Below are positions 20,023-28,870 of a stretch of 64,000 nt of DNA, piece after piece; within the stretch, counting starts at the first letter, position 1; the number at the start of each line of letters is the position of its first letter. The notes under the pieces are model-generated. The model was not told the origin of the DNA. It saw only the letters and a list, made by a program, of their open reading frames with translations, and did no database searches. This stretch comes from an uncultured Alphaproteobacteria bacterium (GTDB taxonomy: Bacteria; Pseudomonadota; Alphaproteobacteria; Acetobacterales; Acetobacteraceae), in contig CAWBWT010000008.1 of NCBI GenBank assembly GCA_963792675.1, positions 771 to 64,770 on the forward strand. The letters are read 5' to 3'. Position numbers and translations under genes: made by a program.

Positions 20023-21243
20023 CTAGGGCAGTGGCCGCAGCTGCGGTTCCGCCGGCCGCAACCCAGCCGCCCCGCTCTCGCCGTCCTCGGCGGCCAGCGC
20101 CGCATCCGCCACCGCATGCGATCCGAAATGCCGCCGTACCGCGAGCATCGGCCGCTCGATCCCGTAATATGACGCCGCTGACAGAGCCAGCGACGCCGCC
20201 ACCATCGGCCCGAACACCGCCGCCAGCCACCAGGCCGGCGGCATGCCGGGGACGACCAGCGGCTGCGTCAAGGCCGCCGGCATGCAGGCCAGCACAAGCG
20301 ATAGGACGATCCAGTGCCACAGGTATAACGAGTAGCTCAAACGCCCCAGCAAGATCGCAGGCCGAACCCCAGCCACCGCCCGCGCCCAGGCCAGGGTCGG
20401 CGCGTGGAGCAGCGCTCCGACGGCCAGGAACAGGCCCAACCCCTGCACCGTGAAGCGCAGCGTATGGCGGAACCACGGGTCCCGGATCAGCAACGACAAC
20501 AGCAGCAGCGCCAGCCCCGCGGCACAAGCCGCCCGGTTGCCGACCAAGCGCAGCACCGCCGCCCGCCACCGGCTCGCCAGCAGCACCGAGAACAGCGCGC
20601 CATACAGGATCGAGTCGATGCGCGTATCGGTGCCGTGCTCCACCCGCAGCGGAATGCTGCCGGCCAGTCCACCCGCCGCCACGTGGCAGCGCCAAAGCGT
20701 CACCCCGACGATGATGGCCGCCAGCGCCGCGGCCAGGCGCAGGCGCCGGGCGGCCAGGGACGCCGCGACCAGCGGGAACACGAGGTAGTAATGCTCCTCC
20801 ACCGCAAGCGACCAGAGCACGCTGTAGACATGCGACATGTTCGGGAGGTCGGAGTCGAAGCCGCCGTACATCTCACGGACGTTTGCGAAGTAGAACAGCG
20901 CCGACGCCACGTCCGCCAGCGTGATCACCCCGCCGGCGGCGACGTAGGCCAGGCCGCCGATGGTCACCATCGCAATCAGCGCCGGATACAGGCGCAGCGC
21001 CCGGCGCCAATAGAACAAGCCCACCGCCAGCCGTCCGTTCCGGTCGACCTCGCCCAGGATCTGCCCGGCGATCAGGTAACCGCTGATGAAAAAGAAGATC
21101 GTCACCCCGAGCAGTCCGGGTGCCTGCTGGATGCCGAAATGCGCAAGCACCACCAACGCGATCGACACCGCCCGCAGCCCATCGAGCGCGGGAACGTAAC
21201 GGCCTGGTGCCAGGTTCTCGGTCGACGCGTCTGCCACCATCAA
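20023..21243 (-). CDS. Acyltransferase family 3 membrane protein (O-acetyltransferase-like)
   Basis: N-terminal ALDGLRAVSIALVVLAHFG motif and about 10 predicted TM segments. Confidence 0.8.
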   Translation of the reverse strand: MMVADASTENLAPGRYVPALDGLRAVSIALVVLAHFGIQQAPGLLGVTIFFFISGYLIAGQILGEVDRNGRLAVGLFYWRRALRLYPALIAMVTIGGLAYVAAGGVITLADVASALFYFANVREMYGGFDSDLPNMSHVYSVLWSLAVEEHYYLVFPLVAASLAARRLRLAAALAAIIVGVTLWRCHVAAGGLAGSIPLRVEHGTDTRIDSILYGALFSVLLASRWRAAVLRLVGNRAACAAGLALLLLSLLIRDPWFRHTLRFTVQGLGLFLAVGALLHAPTLAWARAVAGVRPAILLGRLSYSLYLWHWIVLSLVLACMPAALTQPLVVPGMPPAWWLAAVFGPMVAASLALSAASYYGIERPMLAVRRHFGSHAVADAALAAEDGESGAAGLRPAEPQLRPLP

Positions 21244-21396
21244 GCCGCCCTTCTCGAGCCACGTTACGCCAAGCCAGCCCGGGATAGCACGTGCGCCGCC
21301 ATCCCTGGCTGGACAAATGGCAAGCCGGCGTAACGAACACGGGAAGCAGCGCCACCTCGTCTTGCGACCGCGCCGCCGCCATCGTTACACTGCGAA

Positions 21397-22620
21397 ATGA
21401 CCGAATACGTCGCCGTGCCCAATCGTCCCGCGACGATGCGAGCGCAACATCCGGACGGCGTCGGCGCCGCGCGGGCGCCGGCCCGCAAGCCTCGGGTCCT
21501 CCTCGTCGGGCCCATGCCGCCGACCACCGGCGGGGTCACGACCTTCATGCTCAACCTGATGGCGTCGCACCTGCGCGAAGAGTTCGACTTCGTGCCGTTC
21601 TCGACCTCGCGGCCGCCGAAGCGGAACGTCACGGACAATTACGGCTACGGCGCGATGTTCCGCGGCGGCCTGCGCCGCGTGCTGCTGGGCGCCGCCATCA
21701 CCCTATGGAACGTCGCCCGCTTCCCGGCGAAGGTGCTGACGACCCGCGCCGACATCGTGCAGATCCAGGCGTCGGACTATCAGGCGTTCTGGGAATCCGC
21801 GGTCTACGCCATCCTGGCGCGATTGCTCGGCCGCGTGGTGCTCATGCGCATCGGCGGCGCCTTCGATCACTTCCACGGCCACGCCGCGCCGTTCGCCCGG
21901 CGCCTGATCGGCGCGGCATTGCGCCACCCGGACGGCCTCATCGCGCAGTCCGACTTCGCCAGGCAATACCTCGTCGCCGCCGGGCGCCGGTCGGGGATCA
22001 CGGTGGTGCCGAACTGGTCCTCGCGCCCGGTGTTCGACGCACCGCGCCCGGACCGCCAATCACCCGTCTGCCTGTTCGTGGCCGGCTCGGACGCGCATCG
22101 CAAGGGCATCGAGGAGGTGCTCGCCGCCGCCGCCCGCCTGCAGCAGCAAGGCAGCCCGGCGACGCTGCATCTGCTCGCGATGTCGCCGGTGCTCGTGGCC
22201 CGCGTGGCCGAGCTCGGCCTCGCCAACGTGGTCGCCCGCGAGGGACCGGTGCCGCACCCGCAGCTGCTCGACATCATGCGCGACGCCGACATCTTCCTGC
22301 TGCCCTCGCACGGGGAGGGCTTCCCCAACTCCCTGATCGAGGCCATGGCGGCCGGGATGGCGCCGGTCGCGACACCCGTCGGCGCAGTGCCGGAGATCGC
22401 GTCCGACGCCGGCGTCGTTTTGGTGCCGGTCCGCGACCCGGTCGCACTCGCCGACGCCATCGCCCGGCTGGCCGCCGACCCCGAACTGCGCCGCGACGTG
22501 GGCGCCAAGGCCCGCGACACCGTCCGCCATCGCTTCATGCCGCAGGCCGCGCTGTCGGGGCTCGGTGCGCTGTACCGGGATGCGCTCGCGCAGTCGGGCG
22601 CGCAACGGCAACGGGCCTGA
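21397..22620 (+). CDS. Glycosyltransferase family 4 (GT-B)
   Basis: PRVLLVGPMPPTTGGVTTF N-terminal fold and the C-terminal PSHGEGFPNSLIEAMAAGMAPVATPVGAVPEI motif. The true start may be the internal Met (MRAQHPD...). Confidence 0.8.
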   Translation: MTEYVAVPNRPATMRAQHPDGVGAARAPARKPRVLLVGPMPPTTGGVTTFMLNLMASHLREEFDFVPFSTSRPPKRNVTDNYGYGAMFRGGLRRVLLGAAITLWNVARFPAKVLTTRADIVQIQASDYQAFWESAVYAILARLLGRVVLMRIGGAFDHFHGHAAPFARRLIGAALRHPDGLIAQSDFARQYLVAAGRRSGITVVPNWSSRPVFDAPRPDRQSPVCLFVAGSDAHRKGIEEVLAAAARLQQQGSPATLHLLAMSPVLVARVAELGLANVVAREGPVPHPQLLDIMRDADIFLLPSHGEGFPNSLIEAMAAGMAPVATPVGAVPEIASDAGVVLVPVRDPVALADAIARLAADPELRRDVGAKARDTVRHRFMPQAALSGLGALYRDALAQSGAQRQRA

Positions 22621-22650
22621 CCGCCGGCGTCGTGACCGTGACGCCGGCGC

Positions 22651-23790
22651 TTACCGTCGCGGCGCCGGCGCCTCGGCCCGCTGCGGCGCGTGCGCGAAGG
22701 CGTTCAGGATCGCGAAAAAGGCCGCCTTCGGCTGGAACTCGGCATCGAATGGCAACGGCCGGGCCGCCTGCCCGTCGGCGCGGGCGAACCGCTTGTCGTT
22801 CTGTGCGGTCAGCCAGGTGTAGCGGTCCGACAAGCCCCACAGCACGGCCGCGCTCACCGCCGGCTCGTCCAGCACCGTCCGCAGATACTCGCCGTAGAAC
22901 GAAGCGACCGCCGCGTCCCGCTCCGCTTCGCTCCCGCCCGTCTGCAAATCGAGCACGTCGAGTTCGGTGACCACGATGCGCAAACCGCGCGCCGCGATCT
23001 CGCGGAGGAAGCGCCGGAACCGTTCCGGGTCGAACCGACTGCCGTCCAGCTTCAGGTGCGACTGGAGTCCGACCGCATCGATCGGTGTCCCGCGCCGCTG
23101 CAGGCCGTCGAGCCAGCGGAGCAGCGCCACGCGCTTGGCTTCGTGGTCCTCCGTGGCCATCTCCACCGCATAATCGTTGGCGACCAGCAGTGCCGCCGGG
23201 TCGGCGGCGCGGGCGGCGCGGAACGCGGCATCGAAATGGCCGGGCCCCATGGCGCGGAGCGCCGGCGTTTGCCGCAGCCCTTCCGGGCGGCCCTCGCGCG
23301 GGTTGAGCACCTCGTTGATCACGTTCCAGGAATAGACCCGGCCGGCAAAGCGCGTCACGAGCGCGGTGATGTGGTCGGCCATCGCCGCGGTGGCGAGCGA
23401 GGCGGAGCCGAGCTCCGTGAGCCAGGCCGGCGTGCTCGTGTGCCACATCAAGTGGCCGCCCGACAGGCGCAGGCCGCTTGCCAGCAGCGGCGCGACGTTG
23501 GGATCGCCGTCGGACCGGCACGGGTCGCCCGGCCGGGCGCAATTCACCCGCCAGTCGAACAGCCCGGCGTAGAGGCCGCATTGGCGGACGAACAGGTCCC
23601 GGTAAGCGTGCGGGACGGTCGCGAGGTCCACGTCGCTGCTGGACCCGAAGGCCAGGCCGATCGCCGCGGCCGCCTCCTTCAAGCTCGGCGCCGTCTCGGG
23701 CTCCTCCGCTTTCGCCGCGAAAAGCGGCCCGGCTGCCAGCACCGGGATTGCGGCCCCTTGGCGCAACAGCCTGCGACGGGTCGTCAGCAA
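22651..23790 (-). CDS. Glycoside hydrolase family 10-like (endo-beta-1,4-xylanase fold) with a Tat-type signal
   Basis: Twin-arginine leader MLTTRRRLLRQGAAIPVLAA. GH10 acid/base-type motif YSWNVINEV and nucleophile-type motif IVVTELDV. Confidence 0.75.
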   Translation of the reverse strand: MLTTRRRLLRQGAAIPVLAAGPLFAAKAEEPETAPSLKEAAAAIGLAFGSSSDVDLATVPHAYRDLFVRQCGLYAGLFDWRVNCARPGDPCRSDGDPNVAPLLASGLRLSGGHLMWHTSTPAWLTELGSASLATAAMADHITALVTRFAGRVYSWNVINEVLNPREGRPEGLRQTPALRAMGPGHFDAAFRAARAADPAALLVANDYAVEMATEDHEAKRVALLRWLDGLQRRGTPIDAVGLQSHLKLDGSRFDPERFRRFLREIAARGLRIVVTELDVLDLQTGGSEAERDAAVASFYGEYLRTVLDEPAVSAAVLWGLSDRYTWLTAQNDKRFARADGQAARPLPFDAEFQPKAAFFAILNAFAHAPQRAEAPAPRR

Positions 23791-23812
23791 CTCCGTCCCG
23801 TGACGCTCCCTG

Positions 23813-25282
23813 TCACTCCCGCGGCAGCGCGAGCGGCTGCCGCTGCCGCGTCAGCAGCGGCACCGAAACCAGCACCGGCAGGCCGAGCATCCGCTCCACG
23901 TTCTCCTCGGTCACCAGCGTCCCGTTCGTCAGCGTGGCGATCACCATCACGAGGCCGGCGCTGAACAGGCCGATCAGCCCGCCGATCGCCGCGAACTTCG
24001 GCAGCTTCGGGAAGATCGGCTTGTGCGACGTCATCGCCGGCGCCACCTGAACCACGCTCACCAGCTTGGCGTTGTCCATCAGCTCGTCCGTGCGCGCCTG
24101 GTTGTAGCGGGTGCGGATGATGCCGAGGGTGTTCTTGAGCTCGTCCAGCCGGGTCTCGGTCGCCCGGAGGTCGCTATCCGCGGTTTCCATCCGCTGCAGG
24201 TCCTTGCCGATCGACGCCAGCAGCTCGGACGACCGCTTGATCTCGCCCGCGAGCGGCGACAGCTCCGCCTGGTCCATCACCAGATCCTGCTGCACCTGAA
24301 GCGCGAGCTTGCCGGGCTGGGTGGTGACATGCAGCGTCTGGTCGCCCATGCCGGCCATGCGCTGCCGCATGGTGGTGATCTGGTCCCGCACATGCTGGAT
24401 GCCCGGGTGCTTGGCGCCGTAGCGCGCCGACAGCGACGCCTCGGTCGCCAGCAGGTCGGTCAGCGAGTCACGGACATGGACCATCTCGTCGTTCTTGTCG
24501 GTGACGTTGGACACGACCATCGCCGGAATGCTCGGGCTGGCCGACTGCAGGTAGGCGACCCGCTTCTGCAGGATGTTCTGCTTGCTGGTCTGCTCCTCCA
24601 GCCGGGTCTGCACCGCTACCTGCTGGTTGATCAGCGCCTTGCGCTGCTGCCCGATGTCGTAGATGCCGTTCTCGACCTTGATCTTGGTCCGCTGCTGCTC
24701 GAGGCTGTTGATCTCGTCGAACTGGCGCGCCATGACCTCCTTGTAGACTTCCGACCGGCCGCCCGAGAACACCTCCGCATGCTTGTCCTGGTAGACGCGC
24801 ACGAGCGTGTCGAGCACGCTGGAGGTCTTGTCCGGGTCGCTGCCCTTGAAGCCGAGGTCGATCACATTGGACGTCTTGACCGACGCCACCGCGAGGTCGG
24901 ACTTGAAGCGGTCGATCGCCGCATCGGTCAGGGTGCCGGTATAGCCGGGCCGCAACTCCGGGTACAGCGTGTCGATGCCGATCTTCTTGATAGTCTCGCC
25001 GATCACCGCGCGGCTGCTGACCAGCTCGAGCTCGGAGTTGATCCCGGCTTCCTTGGTGGTGTCCGGCGCGTTGCTCGAGCGGCCGTCATCGGGGGCCAGA
25101 TACTCGCGGCCGTTCTTCACGATCAGGCTGGTTTCGGCCTGGTAGACCGGCGGCATCACGAAGAACAGCCCGATCGCGACCACCGGCGGGATCAGCAGCG
25201 CGCAGAGCAGCTTGCCTTTGTGCATCGACACAAGTGTCGCGATTTCGTGCAGCGAAGGCATCCCGGTCGATTTCAGCGTCAC
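23813..25282 (-). CDS. Polysaccharide co-polymerase / chain-length determinant (Wzz/GumC/ExoP-N family)
   Basis: N-terminal TM followed by YQAETSLIVKNG, then a long coiled-coil periplasmic region and a C-terminal TM (FAAIGGLIGLFSAGLVMVIA). There is no fused kinase domain. Confidence 0.8.
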   Translation of the reverse strand: MTLKSTGMPSLHEIATLVSMHKGKLLCALLIPPVVAIGLFFVMPPVYQAETSLIVKNGREYLAPDDGRSSNAPDTTKEAGINSELELVSSRAVIGETIKKIGIDTLYPELRPGYTGTLTDAAIDRFKSDLAVASVKTSNVIDLGFKGSDPDKTSSVLDTLVRVYQDKHAEVFSGGRSEVYKEVMARQFDEINSLEQQRTKIKVENGIYDIGQQRKALINQQVAVQTRLEEQTSKQNILQKRVAYLQSASPSIPAMVVSNVTDKNDEMVHVRDSLTDLLATEASLSARYGAKHPGIQHVRDQITTMRQRMAGMGDQTLHVTTQPGKLALQVQQDLVMDQAELSPLAGEIKRSSELLASIGKDLQRMETADSDLRATETRLDELKNTLGIIRTRYNQARTDELMDNAKLVSVVQVAPAMTSHKPIFPKLPKFAAIGGLIGLFSAGLVMVIATLTNGTLVTEENVERMLGLPVLVSVPLLTRQRQPLALPRE

Positions 25283-25369
25283 GCATGTCAGTCGAACCTT
25301 TGAGCCAAGGGGATCGGAAACGGGGACGCGGCGGCCGGCCGCCGCTGCGGAACGCCGGGTCGCCTCACG

Positions 25370-26035
25370 TCAAACCGCCAGCATGCTGGGCAGGCGGCTC
25401 TTTCGCTTGTTCAGCACCACGCCCAGGATGTTGGCCCCGAGCTGGTCGAGCACCCCGCGCGAGCGCTGCACCACCGCGTAACGGCTTTCCTCCGACGCCA
25501 CCACCAGCATCGAGCAAGTCGCCAGCGACGCGATCGCCGCCACGTCGGGCGCTTCCAGCACCGGCGGCGCATCGACGATGATCAGCGTGTAGTCTTCCCG
25601 CAGCCGCTGATACAGCGCGCGAACCGACTCCATCCGCGGCATGAACGGCCCGGCGCTGTGCAGCCGCCCGACCCCGAGCTTCGCGCCGCCCAGATCCAGC
25701 CGGCGGATCGCCACCTCCCCGGTCTCGGCGAACACGTCCACCATGCCCGGGAGCGGAATGGCCGGCCCCTCGCCCCCGCTCATCTCGCGCCCCACCGACC
25801 GGTTGGCGTCGAGCAGCGCGACCTTGCACCATTTCGACTGCGCCGCGCAGGCCGCGAGCGCGCGCGAAATGGTCGTCGTCCCGTCGCCGCCATGCGCCGC
25901 CGTCAAATGCAGCACGACGGCCCCGTGCCGGTCGATCATCCACAACAGCCCGCTCAGCAGGACCCGCATCTCCCGGAACAGCGGCTCGTCGATCGAAATG
26001 AACACCGAGCTCTTGTCATGGATCTGTATGTTCAC
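25370..26035 (-). CDS. BY-kinase/MinD-like P-loop protein with degenerate Walker A (CpsD/ExoP-C-like)
   Basis: Fold markers: a Walker A-like AAHGGDGTTTISRALA with no Lys, a Walker A'-like VALLDAN, and a Walker B-like YTLIIVDAPPV. There is no C-terminal tyrosine cluster (it ends ...KRKSRLPSMLAV). Confidence 0.65.
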   Translation of the reverse strand: MNIQIHDKSSVFISIDEPLFREMRVLLSGLLWMIDRHGAVVLHLTAAHGGDGTTTISRALAACAAQSKWCKVALLDANRSVGREMSGGEGPAIPLPGMVDVFAETGEVAIRRLDLGGAKLGVGRLHSAGPFMPRMESVRALYQRLREDYTLIIVDAPPVLEAPDVAAIASLATCSMLVVASEESRYAVVQRSRGVLDQLGANILGVVLNKRKSRLPSMLAV

Positions 26036-26566
26036 GCGCCCGCACTCCGCCTAAGCCCGGCTCGCACGCCAACTTTCCGCGCCACCGCCGGAACGGTCTC
26101 GCCCCGGGGACCGCAGCGAACCGCCGCGACGCGTCGGGGGAACGGCAAGGCGTAACGGACCATGGTTGTCCCCGCGCGAAGTCATGAAGTGTTATGAACG
26201 GTAACAGACGGTAAGTGGTAGCGAAAGGTGTGTCACAAGCTAAATTTTGCACAAAACACGGATCAGACCCCACTTTGCGGTCAGTTCGTCCCAGAACCAT
26301 CCCAGCACGCTCCCGCAACGGCCCTGCAACCGCCCAAGCCGCGCTGCCGCCGCCGCATCCGCCCCCCGCGCACGGCCGCTTGCCGCCGCAGCCCCTGAAA
26401 ACAGTGGCATACGCTCGACCGTTGTTCACCTGTGACTACGAATGCACCAGCCGCGACACTAGAAATTATGTGATGCACCCGCCGTCGTTTCGGGATCCAT
26501 CTCCGCCCGAAGATGGCCTATGCTGCAACGGCGTGGGTGTGATCGTGGGCAGAAAGACAACTGACG

Positions 26567-27607
26567 ATGGTGGCTGATGCTGCGGATATCCACTCGAAGC
26601 TGAATCATCTCTTGGCCGTAAAATGGGAGAAGTATTCTGGCCCCGACGGCCTGGCGCTCCTGCTGCTCTTCGCCACCGTCGTCCTGGCCGCGGTCATTAC
26701 TTTCCTGCAGCAGACGCAAGGACGGCGATCGCTGCGCGCGTTCATCCAGTATGCCCTGCCGCCCGAGGTGCTGCGCCACCCCTCCGCGCGCGCGGACGCG
26801 CTGTTCTGGGTGTGCCGGCGCCTGACCGGCCCGCTGCTCGCCTTCCCCTTCGTGCTGACCGCCGCCGCGACCGGCCTCGCCGTCAATGCCGCCCTGCTGC
26901 ATCTGACCGGATGGGACCCGCATCCCTCGCCGGGCATGTCGCCGGCGCTGGTGGTGCTGTTCACCGTGACGATGCTCATCGCCTACGACCTGTCCTACTA
27001 CGTCTACCACGTACTCCAGCATAACCTGCCGTTCCTGTGGGAGCTGCATAAGGTGCACCACTCGGCGGAGGTGATGGTCGGCATCACCTCGACCCGCATC
27101 CACCCGCTCGATCAGCTGATGAACCGCATCTGGGACGGCTTCATCCCCGGGATCGCCTACGGGATCTGGCTGTTCTTCGTCCTCGACCCGGTCGAAGCCC
27201 TGGTGTTCGGCCTCAACGTCTACGTCCTGCGCAACATCCTCATGATGGACACCGTCCGGCACACGCACCTGAAGCTCTCGTTCGGCTCCATGCTGGACCG
27301 CGTGATCCTGTCGCCGCACGCGCACCAGCTGCACCACAGCGTCGCCGAAGTGCATTGGAACAAGAATTACGGCCTGATGCTGTCCGTATGGGATCGCCTT
27401 TTCGGCACCATGATCGACCCGAAGCCCGGCGAAACCTTCCAGTTCGGCCTGGGCGGCCCAGAATCCCGCGAGTACCACACCTTGTTCGGGCTCTACGTTC
27501 TGCCGCTGGTCAACATGGCCCGCATGTCGCGCCGCGCCGCCGCCAACCTGGGCCGGCTCGTGCTCGCCGGGGCGCCGTGGCGGGACCAGGCCGTTCGCAA
27601 CAAGTAG
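26567..27607 (+). CDS. Fatty acid hydroxylase / sterol desaturase superfamily membrane protein
   Basis: Histidine boxes HVLQH, HKVHH and HQLHH, with 4 or more TM segments. Confidence 0.8.
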   Translation: MVADAADIHSKLNHLLAVKWEKYSGPDGLALLLLFATVVLAAVITFLQQTQGRRSLRAFIQYALPPEVLRHPSARADALFWVCRRLTGPLLAFPFVLTAAATGLAVNAALLHLTGWDPHPSPGMSPALVVLFTVTMLIAYDLSYYVYHVLQHNLPFLWELHKVHHSAEVMVGITSTRIHPLDQLMNRIWDGFIPGIAYGIWLFFVLDPVEALVFGLNVYVLRNILMMDTVRHTHLKLSFGSMLDRVILSPHAHQLHHSVAEVHWNKNYGLMLSVWDRLFGTMIDPKPGETFQFGLGGPESREYHTLFGLYVLPLVNMARMSRRAAANLGRLVLAGAPWRDQAVRNK

Positions 27608-27613
27608 CCTTCG

Positions 27614-28768
27614 GTGCAGATGAACCCGCTCCGCTTCGAGTTCGTCACCTCGGGCGAGCGCCTGTCCGCCGTCGCCGAGCCGTGGGACGCGCTATGGTCC
27701 GGCACGCACGCCGGCGCATTCCAAAGCCATCGCTGGATCTCCGCCTGGTGGTCGAGCCTCGGCGACGGCGCCGCCGAGCTGCTGGTCGCCATCGCCTGGG
27801 ACCGCGAGGCGGCGGTCGCGGTCCTGCCGCTGGCGATCGAGCGGCGCCGCGGCGCCCGCGTCCTTGTCTGGGCCGGCGAGGCCGTCAGCGACTATTGCGA
27901 CGCCCTGGCCGCCGACAACCCGGCCGGGCACCAGGCGCTGGCGCAACTCTGGGGCAAGGTCCGGGACGGCTGCGGCGCCGACCTGATCACCCTCAAGCAG
28001 GTCCGCCCCGACGCCAAGATCCGGCCGCTGCTGATGCTGCCGGCCGGCGGCCATCGCGGCCTCAGCCTGCGCGAAGACGGCGAGTCCAGCTTCCAGGTGG
28101 TCAACCACTGGCCGAACGGCGCCGCCTATTTCCGCAGCCTCAACAAGAAGGGGCGCAACAACCACACCCGCGGCAAGCGCATCCTCGGAGAGTCGGGCCA
28201 CCTCGTCTCGCGGCGCATCGACCCGCACGAGGCCGGCCCCGTGCTCGACCGACTGTTCGAGCTGAAGGCGCGGTGGGTCGCCGCCACCGGCAGCCAATGG
28301 CCGCTGCTCGCCAACCCGGCCGCCGGGCTGCGTCCCTACGGCGAAGCGCTGGCCGGCATCGGCCGCTTGGCCCTGTTCGTGCTCGAGATCGACGGCGTCG
28401 TGGTGGCCGCCACCATGAACATCCTCGACGGGCCGCGGATGCTGGCCTTCGTCGCGGCCTACGACCTCGCCTATGAGCGCGCCTCGCCGGGCACCATTCT
28501 GATGGTCGATTACGCGATGTGGGCCTTCGACGCCGGCATCCGCGAGATCGACTATCTGCGGGGCGAGCAGCCGTATAAGCTCCGCTTCGCCAACGCCCGC
28601 ACCGCCTTGTCCGGCTATCACGGCAGCCAGACCGCGAAGGGCCGCGTTCTTTACGCGCTCTACCGGGCCAAGAAGCGGTGGGACCGGCGGCGCGACCGTC
28701 CGGAGCGAGGGGAGCAGGTCTCTGCCCTGCACCCGCTGGGGCCGGCGGCCCCAGACCCGCTCAACTAG
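27614..28768 (+). CDS. GNAT-fold acyltransferase, CelD/BioF2-like (FemAB-related)
   Basis: N-terminal ...LSAVAEPWDALWSGTHAGAFQSHRWISAWW... and a C-terminal acetyltransferase-like region (...IDYLRGEQPYKLRFAN...). The last roughly 15 codons lie inside a repeat element. Confidence 0.65.
   Translation: MQMNPLRFEFVTSGERLSAVAEPWDALWSGTHAGAFQSHRWISAWWSSLGDGAAELLVAIAWDREAAVAVLPLAIERRRGARVLVWAGEAVSDYCDALAADNPAGHQALAQLWGKVRDGCGADLITLKQVRPDAKIRPLLMLPAGGHRGLSLREDGESSFQVVNHWPNGAAYFRSLNKKGRNNHTRGKRILGESGHLVSRRIDPHEAGPVLDRLFELKARWVAATGSQWPLLANPAAGLRPYGEALAGIGRLALFVLEIDGVVVAATMNILDGPRMLAFVAAYDLAYERASPGTILMVDYAMWAFDAGIREIDYLRGEQPYKLRFANARTALSGYHGSQTAKGRVLYALYRAKKRWDRRRDRPERGEQVSALHPLGPAAPDPLN
28722..28765. 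repeat. 44-nt GC-rich palindromic repeat (REP-like), copy 1
   Basis: ctgccctgcacccgctggggccggcggccccagacccgctcaac matches 62406-62449 at 40 of 44 positions. It contains the hairpin ctggggcc-N3-ggccccag. Confidence 0.75.
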
Positions 28769-28870
28769 AGCATGATCCGATCAACCGGGATCACCCATCG
28801 GATGCACATGCTCGCAAAACCAAGGAGGCTAGAGCTCAAGCCGATCCGCTTCGATCGGATTGGGCTCTAG
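28766..28870. repeat. Two adjacent imperfect palindromes bounded by CTAGAGC / GCTCTAG (MITE/REP-like), in a convergent gene gap
   Basis: Hairpin A spans about 28769-28813 (gagcatg-atccgat...atcggat-catgctc). Hairpin B spans 28829-28870 (ctagagc..ccgatc-cgcttc-gatcgg..gctctag). GC is lower than the flanks. The last codons of the minus-strand gene fall inside hairpin B. Confidence 0.6.
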
